A stretch of 62,665 nt of DNA from Coniocarpon cinnabarinum. Lineage: Eukaryota. Below, one piece after another: positions 23,502 to 35,493 of this stretch (the first letter of the stretch is position 1; each line of letters opens with the position of its first letter). The notes under the pieces are model-generated. The model worked only from the letters and a program-made list of their open reading frames with translations, ran no database searches and was not told where the DNA came from. Location: positions 1 to 62,665 of the forward strand of contig JAVECO010000141.1 of NCBI GenBank assembly GCA_051942205.1, written 5' to 3'. A program made the position numbers and the translations under genes.

Positions 23502-25616
23502 ATGCCCTCCTTCCAGATGCGTTATGGCTCTGAGACGCATGTTTCCTTGCTCGAGTCCCGATTGACGGACATGGAATGTGAGCTCAGGAGCCTTTCCCAA
23601 TGGAAAGAGCAAATCACTTCCACCATCTTTGGATTTGCTACTCAACCACCTAGAGTCAAGCATAGTGGTATCCGTAGACGCAGAGCCTCTATTACTGTGG
23701 TTGCCCGTAACCAAATTGTACCCGAAGAACTGATAGCAAGCGATTTACCAAAGCACTTGCTAAGTGAGAAGTCTGAGGAAGGGTCTTTTCCTACATACAA
23801 CGAAGAGCCTCAGGTAATAGTAACCACGTCTGCTGTCAATGACCCGGGAAAAGGTATGTCTAGATACATGAACCCCAACGATGCCACATTCAGTCGAGAT
23901 TTGGGGAGTGGTTCAGGCTGTGAAATGCGGCTGACCGTTTCGAAGACCTCGTTTTGAATGCGGAGAGGGTCGCGCTCAAAGATCATACTTCGAGTCAAGA
24001 CGTCACTGAGCTCGCCGAGAACATCTTAGAGGTTATCCAGCGCTATGGTCAGCACACTACAGCTCGCACGGACGAACACGGTAGCAGAGCATGGGCTGGA
24101 AAGGCTTTGTTTGTGAGCAAGGTTGAGAATCAGGTTCGAGCTCGACAGCCCGTTCGAATGATTTTACCAGCATTTCCTTGGAAATCTGTGAGTTGGAGTA
24201 CCACTCACCTTGTATTAACTTCGATCCTAACTTGTCAGGTGAATCGTGTAGACAAAGTCATCAGCTCGTTGCCCGACCTTGGAGAGGTACTGGCGCTTTC
24301 AAGGCTGAGTAAGTAATCTCCACGCGACCAAGATTTCTCCTGTGGCTGATAGCCGTATGACAGACCAATTGTGCCAGGACATCAAATCCGTGTACCCACT
24401 TGGAGGGGAAGTTCATTTGGCAACGGACGGGCTCGTCTTCGATGGTACGTTGACGGGTGTGGTTTGAGCTTCAGCCCATACATACAAGCAAGCGCCAAAG
24501 ATTGTCAAGGCTGACACGCTCGCGTAGACCTTGTAGGGATTTCTGATTCAGATACTTGGGCATACAGCAAGGCTCTCATGGACATTGCTGCTGAAAAGAA
24601 CTTCACCAGCATTAAGTTGCTTCGTGTAATGGACGTCCTCGGTCTTACCAGGGACAAGGCGCTGACAGAGGAATTTTACTACACGTTGACCGCGCTCAGT
24701 CGAGAGATGCTCCTGAGCGAGTACGGTCAATCTGAAGAGAACGTTCGCAAAATGATGAAGGAAGACAAAGACACCTTGATGACATATTTGGGCTTCATCA
24801 AGTTTCTCGAGACCGATCTGAAGTAGGCGGAGCGTCCACTGTCCGCGATGCAGAGACTTGCAGCTGACTGAGCTGCTATAGGTACAGCCCCGTGGCATCG
24901 GCCTCCAAGAGCATTAGTGGACAGCAGTACAGGAAGCTGGTAAAGAAGGTGGCTATTGGAATGATGATCAGAGCAGAGGTAGGCTGAAGATCTTTCAACC
25001 GAATGCATGTCTCAAACGCTGACGTCGAGAACAGTCCTTCACCAAGTTGCTTCAAGCCAAATGTCCAGACTATGTGCGTCTCTCCATCCACCCGTCTAGC
25101 GGCTCGGTCAAATTGTCGGTGCCTTTAATTACTCAACGTAATGGGGACTTCCCGCGCACACCCTGGCACTCGGTGTGTGCATTGTCACTTTCTGGCGGGT
25201 ACTCTATGACGCACGCCAAAGACGTGCGGGAGACACACCGCCTCATCCATCACAAGAGGCTTCCATACTACTTTCGTGAGAGGTCCGACCTTTGGGACTG
25301 GGAGAACGACGACGTCATGTTCGAGCCGCGGTATCCCAACGCTCTCCACATCTATCCACTGCACACCGACAGTCGAGCACTGACGGCAGACGAGGCGGAC
25401 AAGCTCAAGGCTCTAGCAGGAGTTTACGAGGGATCGTTGAGTGTGACTGGATTCACAAATGCGGCCGACGTGGATGCCGCACTCACTCATCCTCCGACGC
25501 TCCCCCTTGCAGCATCTCAAGAAATGGCTGCACCTTTGCCGACAACGACACCAGCAGCAGGATTAGCAGCGGGAAGAGCAGAGGTGCCCGCGGCAACGGT
25601 GACATCAGTTGCATAA
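23502..25616 (+). CDS. Isocyanide synthase (DIT1/PvcA, 'pyoverdine/dityrosine biosynthesis' family), stand-alone, 7 exons, intact
   Basis: Spliced frame is continuous: PVRMILPAFPWKS|VNRVDKVISSLPDLGEVLALSRL|NQLCQDIKSVYPLGGEVHLATDGLVFD|DLVGISD...TYLGFIKFLETDL|KYS...VAIGMMIRAE|SFTKLL...DYVRLSIHPSSGSVKLSV...RTPWH...PYYFRERSDLWDW. Confidence 0.93.
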
Positions 25617-26952
25617 GTGGTTAGCCCGCAATCAGTGGGATAGAGGATGCTGAAGCGTGCTCTTTCAATGGGTCCAAGATGACGTTTCTGGCGTTGAGGG
25701 CGCGGAAGACGGTAGCCAACTACGTAGACGGATCAATTGAATACAGGATTTGCCATGGAGGTATGAGGAATGAAGCTACAGAGTCGTCTCTCTAATGATG
25801 GATCTCTCACTTGGTCCCTGCATTGGGCGCGGCATCATTGACTTTTGTGGCGACGGCCCGAGCCTTGCGCTGGCCCGTGCGCTGGCTTGAGCGTCACGCC
25901 ACACGCCGCTATGCTCAATCCGGATGTCGTGGTCTCAAGGCTGCGCCCAGGGTATGGTAGCAGAAATCGTGGCGCAAATGCTACAGCACAAATATTGTCC
26001 TTTTCTCGTGAATTTCCATTGTTTTGTCAAGACTTCTTATTCTAGACTCGATTTTCTTAAATTCACATAGGTTGTGCTCCTACTCGAGCAATCTGACTGT
26101 GGAAAGTACTCCAAAGGCGTGTGAAGGATGCCTTTTGGATGGTTCCTTCTTTACGCTATGACTTGAAGACCTCCAGGTAAAAATCCTCTCGGCTGCACTT
26201 CGACCACATCTGCACGTACGATCCTCCGAGTGTGAATTCTCTTCCAGGCCTCAGACTGCCACTGGCTCGCACTCGCTGACGCAGATGCCTCTCCCTCTTC
26301 AGCCTGATAGTTCCGTGGATTCTTGTCCCCGAGCTGACCGCGCTTGCCTGCAAGCCATCCGTCTCCATATCCATGGATGACAGCCTTGCCATCCTTCCCG
26401 CCGTTTCTTTGCGTTGCAATGAAGATCCACCAGTTTCCCCACGGATAGCTTTGTAAGCAATCATGTTTACCATATCAGACCGCCTTTTCTTTTTCTGCAC
26501 GTGATGTTCCTAATCGCAAGAAGCATGCCACCACCATCTGCGCCATCCCTGTCAAGGTCGCCTCCTCATTCCTTCGAGGGGCTGACGTGCATCATGGACA
26601 CCAAGCACTTGCACCTCTTCAACTTTACTCTTGCCGGCTGGGTCGGCAACTGCTTGCAGTGAGCCATTGTGCGAGCATTGACCTGCATCCGCGGAGCATC
26701 CAATGTCCCCAAAATCCTGAATGGGCGGCCAGATACTGGCTAATGCCGACAAATGGCCTGGTGAGAGTGTACATTGCCACAGAGTAATTTTGCTAGTGCG
26801 TATTCCTTGCGAGAGGACGGCAATATCGGAAGAGATGACGGTAGTGAGAATGTCTTTATTGCTCGATTTCCTCCTCGTGGGCTGCAAGGGGAAGCGGCAA
26901 TCACCACAAGTCTCCCTTATTCTGGAGCTTTGAGCAGACTCCATTGCTCAAC

Positions 26953-29390
26953 ATGGCACCAACAGTACAGCATTTGAGCCAGTCCCTCAGGTTTGTGCTC
27001 GTGTCGTCCCAGGCAAGAGGCTTCGTTGACATATTTATTGGAGGGGCTTTGTGGGGTTTCTACTGCCACTTGTATTGCATGCATTCTCAGTGGGGTCGCA
27101 TGCTCAGGGGTATGCATCTCACATAATTTTCCCTCAAAAATGATTGACATTTCTGAATACGTCGACGAGTGGAGGTCTTACTAATCACTTTGTGTGAAAC
27201 AGAGCTTCCACATGGGGATCTCTGCAATGCCCGACACATCTGCAAACATCATCCTCAAATGTAAGTCTGCAGGAGTCTGTCGGTCGCCTTTCCCCTACAG
27301 CGGGTCATCTGCCTCACTGCTTACACGTCGACCTGGTAGGACATAGCCACTAGTGCAGCGAGCAAAGTTCCCCGGACTGGTGTGACTAGATACTATGACT
27401 TTGACATTGCGCGTGGCACCCTGTCGCCTGATGGATATGGTAGGCACCCTTATTAGGCTCAGTTGCGCTGCGAACGTTATGCTGAAAGTTGGCAGAGAAG
27501 GAGGGAATGCTTGTCAACGGCCAATTTCCAGGACCTCCGATTGAGGCGTGTCTTGGTGACATGATAACAGTAAGTACACGACCGCAAGGGCCAAGTAGAA
27601 GAGCACTTGCTGTTTAATACTTCAACAACCTCTGAGGCATAGGCGAGTTTCACAACCGTGTTAATGGCTTTTTGGCCCGAATCTTCGTCATCACGTAGGC
27701 TCGCCGCCTAGGCCAATATCTGGCAAAGACTTTGTCCGTGACCCTTGCCGTAATTCATTTTACACATGCGACAGTGGTGCTGACATGACCTGATGCATCC
27801 AGGTCAACGTTCACAACTCGATCCAAAACCCGGAAGAAGGAGCCGCAATACATTGGCACGGGCTTTCGCAATATGCAACACAATCTCAAGATGGCGTCCC
27901 GGGCATTTCACAGTGTCCCATTGCACCCGGAGACAACTTTACCTACACCTTCCAAGCCGACAAGTATGGCAGCAGCTGGTGGCATTCACACTACTCGGCG
28001 TCCTACGCTGATGGCGTCGTTGGAGCGATCATCATTCATGGGCCGGAGCAAATCCCTTATGATGTTGATGTTGGCCCGATCCTGCTGGGAGACTACTACC
28101 ACGACAACTACTATGACCTCGTAGAAATGGTCGTTGGCAACAATTCCGATTTCAATGTCTATGTTCCAAGCTCGAACAACAGCCTCATCAACGGGCTGAA
28201 CTCTTACAACTGCTCCAAAGCATCTAACAAGACCGTGCCATGCGACTCCAATGCACCAATGTCCACATTCCGCTTCGAGAAGGGCAAGGTCCATCGACTC
28301 CGCTTAATGAATGTAGGAGCCGCAGCACTCGTTCATTTCAGCATCGACAACCACGCCTTTCAAGTCATTGCAAATGATTTTGTACCCTTGGTGCCATATC
28401 AGGCTGAATATATCACGCTTGGTGTGGGTCAACGTACTGACGTTCTAGTTAACGCGAGTGGAGACGCTGATGGTGCGTACTGGATGCGTTCGACCATTTC
28501 GCTCAACTGCAGCGCGGCAGAAACGTTATATGGCAAGGCTGTCATCTTGTACGACCAAGCAGATGACGACGCCATCCCCACGAGTGCCATTAGTGAAGTT
28601 GCCGCAGCTGCGGACCAAAAAAGCTTCCTATGTCAAAATGTATGCCTCTTGTGGCCCCGTCGGCCACTCTACTCGACTGACTTCATCTAGGATCCTCTCA
28701 CGGATACTGTGCCGCTCGTGCCACAGCCCGCTGCAGCCGAAGCCGACATCACTACTACTCTTGAAATCGATCTCCTCACCAATAGCACGGGGCACCATAT
28801 CTGGATCATGAACAATCGCACACAGATTATTGACTACAGCGAGCCGGTCCTTCCATTAGTACACAACGGCACTGATCCCAACACGTTACCTCCCATTTGG
28901 AACGTCTACGACTACGACGGCAAAAAAGACACCACTGTCCGCATCATTCTCAACAACAAGTATCAAAGCGCGCATCCCATGCATATTCATGGTCATGACT
29001 TTGTGAGTGCAATGTCCCCGTTCTCCATGATTCATCATCCCTCCTTGTTGCTGACGCAGAACTCACTCACAGCAAGTTCTCGCCGAAGGTCCTGGCTATT
29101 TCGACGGTACTCTCACTAATCTAGACAATCCGCTCCGACGAGACACCCACATGTTGCGCCGCTACGGCCACCTCGTGATTCAGTTGACGCTGGATAATCC
29201 GGGCGTCTGGAACTATCACTGCCACATTGCGTGGCACTCCTCAGCAGGCTTCAACCTGCTATTTGCGGAGCGGAAGGGAGAGGTGGCAGGGGCTAATCTA
29301 CTGGGCATGGGTGAGGTGCGAGATGGCTGCAGGGCTTGGAACGATTGGACTTCAAAGCATTTGGTTGACCAGGTAGATAGTGGTATTTGA
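26953..29390 (+). CDS. Secreted laccase / multicopper oxidase (AA1), 8 exons
   Basis: Spliced signal peptide MAPTVQHLSQSLRGFVGFLLPLVLHAFSVGSHA. All four Cu-binding signatures: L1 IHWHG...DGVPGISQCPI, L2 GSSWWHSH, L3 HPMHIHGH, L4 GVWNYHCHIAWHSSAGF. Ascomycete C-terminal DSGI. Confidence 0.94.
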
Positions 29391-30077
29391 GATTGTAATT
29401 GAAATTCCTGTAGAGAGGGTATTTCACTCGTGGGATTGCTGTGAGCACTTTTTTCAAGGGAGTTTTCAGCGCATTGCCACCTTTGAGCCAGTCCGTATCA
29501 GTCACGTAGATTTCGGAAGTTGCGATGATCTTGACACACAGGGCAGGTGTTGGCACCCAGCAGCGCCTCGTGGTTAGGAGGCAACAAAGTCGGTGCTGTC
29601 GAAAAGCCATGGACGGGCTAGCATCTTGTATCTTGTTTCGAGCGTTTCGAATGCTGCATGTGAAGTGTGAATTGGAATGACCCGCTACTTCGGCTGTCAC
29701 GTGGAGACGCCATGTCACAGTCCGTTTGCAAAGCAGATATTCATCTTCTTGCCTCATCTCTGCAGCAAGATAGAAGAGCTGCGCGATTCTTGCTTCATCG
29801 AGGCCAGCACTGGGGCGGGTGCGTGGGTCTGACTCAGCTATTGTGGCATTCATATACGCCTAGCCTAGCATAGCGCCTGATGCCACAGGCAGTTTCCGAC
29901 CGTCATGTTACCAGCAAGGCAGGGTCCATGATTCGTACCATCGTCGTCAGTCTAACATCTGCCTGCGTCGGCCATTTAACATCCTTTTGACACCCTTTCT
30001 GCGATTCCGCATTCTCACTCCCAGAATCAGTTCGACGTAAGGCTCATTCTACCTACTCAAACGCCAATCCATCCATC

Positions 30078-31572
30078 ATGTCCTCCCTCGAAGAGCTCGA
30101 CGACATGGAGCGTCAGAACAAGGACTCTGGCGACGGTGATGACAAGAAGGATGGCGATAAAGAGGGCAGCGATGGCGACAAGTCGAAGCAAACCAACGGC
30201 ACATCTACTGGCGGCGACACTGAAATGAAAGAGGCCGAGAAGCAGGAACCAGAGGAAGACTCGCTCGATGATGAGATCTTGAGAGCAAACACCAGAGAAA
30301 TCATAGGGAGGCGGAAGCTATTAGAGGGAGAGCTGCGCATCATGAAGAGCGAGTTTGGCAGATTAAATCATGAGAAGGGGGCGATGCAGGAGAAGATCAA
30401 GGACAATGTGGAAAAGATTGAGAACAACAGGTGTGTTGCTCATACCTAGCCGTCGCATTCTTTTTTACACTGAATCGCTCTAATCCTTCATTGACAGACA
30501 ATTACCATATCTCGTTGGCAATGTCGTCGAACTGCTCGATCTCGAAGTCAACGAAGCCGACACCTCCGAAGGCGCCAACGTCGACCTCGACGCCACGCGT
30601 GTCGGCAAATCCGCCGTCATCAAAACCTCCACCCGTCAGACCATCTTCCTCCCACTCATCGGCCTCGTCGACCACGAAAAGCTGAAACCGGGCGATCTCA
30701 TCGGCGTCAACAAAGATTCGTACCTCATCCTCGACACCCTACCCGCCGAATACGACAACCGCGTGAAGGCCATGGAAGTGGACGAGAAGCCGACCGAGAA
30801 ATACACAGACGTGGGTGGTCTCGACAAGCAGATCGAAGAGCTCGTCGAAGCCGTCGTGTGGCCCATGAAAGAGGCGGAGCGCTTCAAGCGCATCGGCATC
30901 AAAGCTCCCAAGGGCGCACTGATGTACGGTCCTCCTGGTACGGGCAAGACCCTTCTGGCACGTGCTTGCGCCGCCCAGACCAACGCCACCTTCCTCAAAC
31001 TCGCCGGACCGCAGCTGGTGCAAATGTTCATAGGTGACGGCGCCAAGCTTGTTCGTGACGCCTTTGCGCTCGCCAAGGAGAAAGCACCGAGTATCATTTT
31101 CATCGACGAGCTGGATGCCGTGGGGACGAAGCGATTCGATAGCGAGAAGTCGGGTGATCGCGAAGTCCAGCGAACGATGCTGGAACTCCTCAATCAGCTC
31201 GATGGGTTCCAGTCGGATGAGCGCATCAAGGTCCTCGCCGCCACGAACCGTGTCGACGTGCTGGATCCCGCTTTGTTGCGATCCGGTCGTCTCGATCGGA
31301 AGATCGAGTTCCCTCTGCCCAACGAAGAAAGCCGAGCGCAGATTTTGCAAATTCATTCGCGCAAAATGACCGTGGATGAAGATCGGGTCAACTGGGGCGA
31401 GTTGGCGCGGAGTACGGACGAGTTCGGTGGTGCGCAGTTGAAGGCCGTGTGTGTAGAGGCGGGCATGATTGCGTTGAGAGCGGGCCAGAGCAAGATCAGT
31501 CATGAGCACTATGTGGATGCCATTGCGGAGGTGACGGCCAAGAAGAAGGACACGGTCAACTTTTATGCGTAG
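30078..31572 (+). CDS. RPT5: 26S proteasome regulatory AAA-ATPase subunit 6A (Rpt5), 2 exons
   Basis: [86 protein letters not shown]-terminal HbYX motif FYA. Confidence 0.97.
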
Positions 31573-32520
31573 AAGAGTCGTGGTCGTGCGTGGTGGTTTA
31601 TACCTGTGCCTGGGGAGGTGTATGAACAGTGTGAGTGCATAGACGTATTGCATTTATGGCGTTTGCAATGACAGACCTTTACCTGCACTGTTGCTTTCCC
31701 AGCCACTTTCTCGATTTTAAGGGGACTGCAGAACGCTCTCGTGGATCGTGAAGATTTAATTACTGATCGAACAAATCACATTGGAGCGTTCATGTCACCC
31801 AACACCGGCAGCCCTTAACCTCGAATTACATTATCAACATGCTCAAATTTAGGCAGCACCGCAAGTCGCTCTATGACCAAGTGATGGAAGATCGTGGAAT
31901 GCTGATTGCTCTGATGTCGAAACTAGGTACCCTCTCCAAACAGAGCACTCCACGCTCTATGCACAAACGAGGATCCAAGATCGATTTCATTCAAGTGGAC
32001 AGGTGTCCTGTCGGACTTTGGGTTCCTCCAAGGGCAGATCCATGTCGTATACCTTGCCAACACTGCACACATCCACGCTTGCCTCAATTCATGCTCTGTC
32101 CAGGACGCATTCCGTATCGGTCTCAGTTCACGAATGGAAGACTAAACTCGCACTGGCCGCGGAATATGCGCACTTTCCGTTCATCCCGTTTCAAGAGCGA
32201 CAAACTGCTCGCTCCGCACGGACACAGCAGTTTTACCATTTAGACGTGTATGCGCATTCCACGTCCTGTGGACTTGTGTGGGCGACAGCAGAAGTACGTC
32301 CATTTGCTTATATGACTCAAAACACTTTTTCAATTACCTCACGACTACATAACGCGCAAGTATCGTCTCCAATTGAATAAAGATCGTGTGAACGTCCCCA
32401 TCAAATTTCATTTTCTTTCATGGCACCCATTTTTCCCAATCCAGACACGCCCAGCTTTTCCCAACAAACAATCACTTTTGTATCATGCAGCTCTCATCGT
32501 CACCAGAGCACGTTTGAAGC

Positions 32521-34403
32521 TCAAGCGCTTCCAAAGCGACTGACCAGGTCTCGCACTTTACTCCCCAGATCCTCGGCCTCCGCCTTGGAACTCGCCTCCG
32601 CGTACACGCGCACCACGTCCTCAGTGCCGCTGGGTCTCGCGAAGGCACGACCCTGCTTGTACCGTCCCACAAGCTCATCCAACTCCTTCTGAATGCCCTT
32701 CGGCTCCTCGAGACGACGCTCCGCATCCGTCGTCTTGAACATGTTGCGGTTGGCCACCTCGACTTTGATGAGGCGATTGGGCAAATCCTTGTAGGTTGAA
32801 ATCCACTCGTTGCAGGTCCAGTTCTTGTGCGCGAGGACGACTTCCACGAGTAAGAGGTCTGACAAAGCATCACCGACGGTCTGATTGATGAGATTGCTCA
32901 GCGCCTCGAGGGTTTCGAGGGCGGCTTTTTGTCCGGGTGATTTGGGCTCGTGGGTCGTGATGGCGCGTTGGGCGTTGGAGCTGAAGAGCACAGTGCCGTG
33001 ACCGTTGGCCTCGAAATAGACGCCGATGTCGAAGCGGGTGGCTGCGTGATGCAGGTGCTTGACGCCAGTCGCGGTGCAGATGACAGGGAGGTTGAGCGTT
33101 TGTTCGACGAACTCGGTGGAGCTGCCGTTGGCGTAGGCGGTTTGCACGATGCCGATGCGGAGATGTTCAGAGAGGCCGGACTGCTTACCTAGATCCGCCA
33201 AGAAAGCAGCAGCGAGTGTGGCGATGCGGTCGCCGTCGAGCATGTTGAAGTTCTTGTCTTCGTCGAGGTAGTAGTACATTAGTCGATCGGCATCACCGTC
33301 AAGCGAAGCGCAGCGATCGAGCGGGCCGGCCTGTGATGAGGGTGGAGCACGTTGCTGCGTCTTGACGTAGTCAGCGCCGCACTGCACGTTAAGCATATCG
33401 GGCTGCGCAATGGCATCGTTGACGACGTGGATATCGATGCCTCCTTGGCCGGAGCTGGGCAAATGCTTGATCAGCTCCTTCAGCTTAGGGGCGCCAACGC
33501 CGTTAGCACAGTCGACCGTGACTGCACCGTTGATCTTTTTGTGCTTCATGGCTCCGACGAACGCCATAGCGAGTTTGGAGTAGTAGCCTTCTTCATTCGG
33601 CGCGCCATAGCTGTAATCTGTGCCCTCCGTGTTGAGACAGCGGGTCATGTAGTGAAGCTGAGGGGTCGTCAGGAAGCCATAGTCCTTGTACTCGGCGCCA
33701 ACGGCGTGCAGAGCATCAAGCAAGGATGCAACCAGCGCTGGTCCAGAGGCACGGGTATCTCGCGCAAAGACGATCTTAGCCGCAGTGTCGGGTTTGACTT
33801 TCAGATCCGTGAACAGGCGATTGTGGACGTCGAGCATCGCCTGGTCGCCATGGGCATTGGCAAGCTCAGTAGCATAATTCTCCCAAGACGACTTGATCTT
33901 GTCAGCGTCTCAAGTTGCGGGGTCTCAATCGGTGATTGGCAGCTAATCCTGCCACTTACCTCGAGCATCTCGCCCTACCCGACGTTAGCGCCAGCGCTCG
34001 CAATGTGATGCAGAACCCGAAAACAAGACGTACCATTGGATCGACGAGTTTAACACCATTGTCGACGGGTGGATTATGGCTGGCCGTGATCATCACGCCG
34101 ATCGTTTGGCCATTGAGTTTGCGGGAACGCAAGGCGGCTAGTAGGCCAACGCGAAACACAACAGAGTCCAAACGGTCACTGCGAGCGGGTGAGAATAAGG
34201 GCATAGAAATTTGACTGGTAGGACATTGATCAGATTACTACGTACGCGTTCATTCGGAACTTCGGTTGCTGCATTAGCCATGTCTTCTGAATTCAAGTAA
34301 AGAGTAATTTTCGAAAACCTACACCGGCAGTGCCATATTGGAAAACCAATCCAGGTTGAGGATGCTTGGCAGATGCCTCGAGTATTTCTTGATCGTTGGC
34401 CAT
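32521..34403 (-). CDS. PCM1: Phosphoacetylglucosamine mutase (Pcm1/Agm1), 5 exons including 14- and 15-nt microexons
   Basis: [24 protein letters not shown], active-site [51 protein letters not shown]. Confidence 0.96.
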
Positions 34404-35077
34404 GGTTTCTTGCTGTAGCTGGTGCCTTCAAGAAAGCAGCAAGAGGAGGTCGTGGAACAAGAGAGAGTCGACGAAGGATACTAAAAGGAATGACGACCGG
34501 TCAAGGTCCTGCAAGAGAACCTCGATGGCTGCAGTGAAATTAGTGAAAGAGAAAGAGATGACAGGCTTCGAGAAGGTTTTGTTCGCGTCTCTGACATGGA
34601 ACGATGCCTATCCTGGCCTAGTTGCCGCGATAAAGCTATGGTTCGGGACCCCATGAGGCTGATCCTTAAAAGCGGGGTACCACCGGCTCCGATCCCTTCA
34701 GGACACGTTGCAAATCTGAGCGCCAGGTGCATCAGGGTGATGAAATAAGAATGGGGGCGCAGCCGTGCATACAAGCGACGGCCGTTGAGAACGCACGCAT
34801 GAGAATCCATGCCTGACAGTTCTTTAATGCTGGTGTGGTGCGGGGGTTTCCGCATTAGCGCACCAGATCGGCAGGGACGCTAGGGGCTAAAAGCATTGCG
34901 TCAAGCGTGGACCCTGCCAGTCGGGCTGAAACGACCACGTTGCAAAATTCAGAGGGCCACACAGGCGATTGGGCAGATTCTCTTGGACTTTACCAGATTC
35001 CAGGCAATCACGTCTGCGTTCGCAAAGAGAAAGCCTCCTCGATCTGATAGGTGGCGCTCCCGGGGTTTTGGCAAGCT

Positions 35078-35084
35078 TGACTCA
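35078..35084. promoter_or_regulatory. Gcn4/CpcA response element (TGACTCA) upstream of HOM6
   Basis: Perfect TGACTCA about 410 bp 5' of an amino-acid biosynthesis gene, in the divergent PCM1-HOM6 intergenic region. Confidence 0.55.
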
Positions 35085-35493
35085 GTCTGGTACGTAAGTG
35101 GGAACACCGAAGGTCACGCGGCGAATACGTCAGGGCGCGACTCCTCGCAGATAAGCCACATATCCCCTCGCCTCCACTCACCGTGCTCCATGAATTTGGT
35201 ATCTGGGACTGCCATTACTGCGCATGCTGCATGGTTGCAGCATGCATTAGCCTGCTCGAGTGGAGAAGCTCTACCCTCGTTCGATGTCGACGTCAACATG
35301 CCTATGACTGATTGGGAAAGGTAGCTGACGTCGTTGCAGCAGCCAGGTTACCAGTTTCGAGGGCCCTGTAGAGACATCGTGCTTGTTTCTGATAGGTGCC
35401 CGCAACACAAATTTTCGTGCCTTTCTGCGCATTAACAGACACTGTCAGTACCGCACATCAGAATTGATTTCGTCCGACGGACGCTCGTGCAAC

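Noticed and set aside
26156..26944. Minus-strand ORFs between the ICS and the laccase
   Set aside because: Non-ATG starts, no motifs or splice support; more likely laccase promoter.
29474..29481. GGTGGCAA (Rpn4/PACE-like) about 600 bp upstream of RPT5
   Set aside because: Imperfect, distant, and within the probable laccase 3' UTR.
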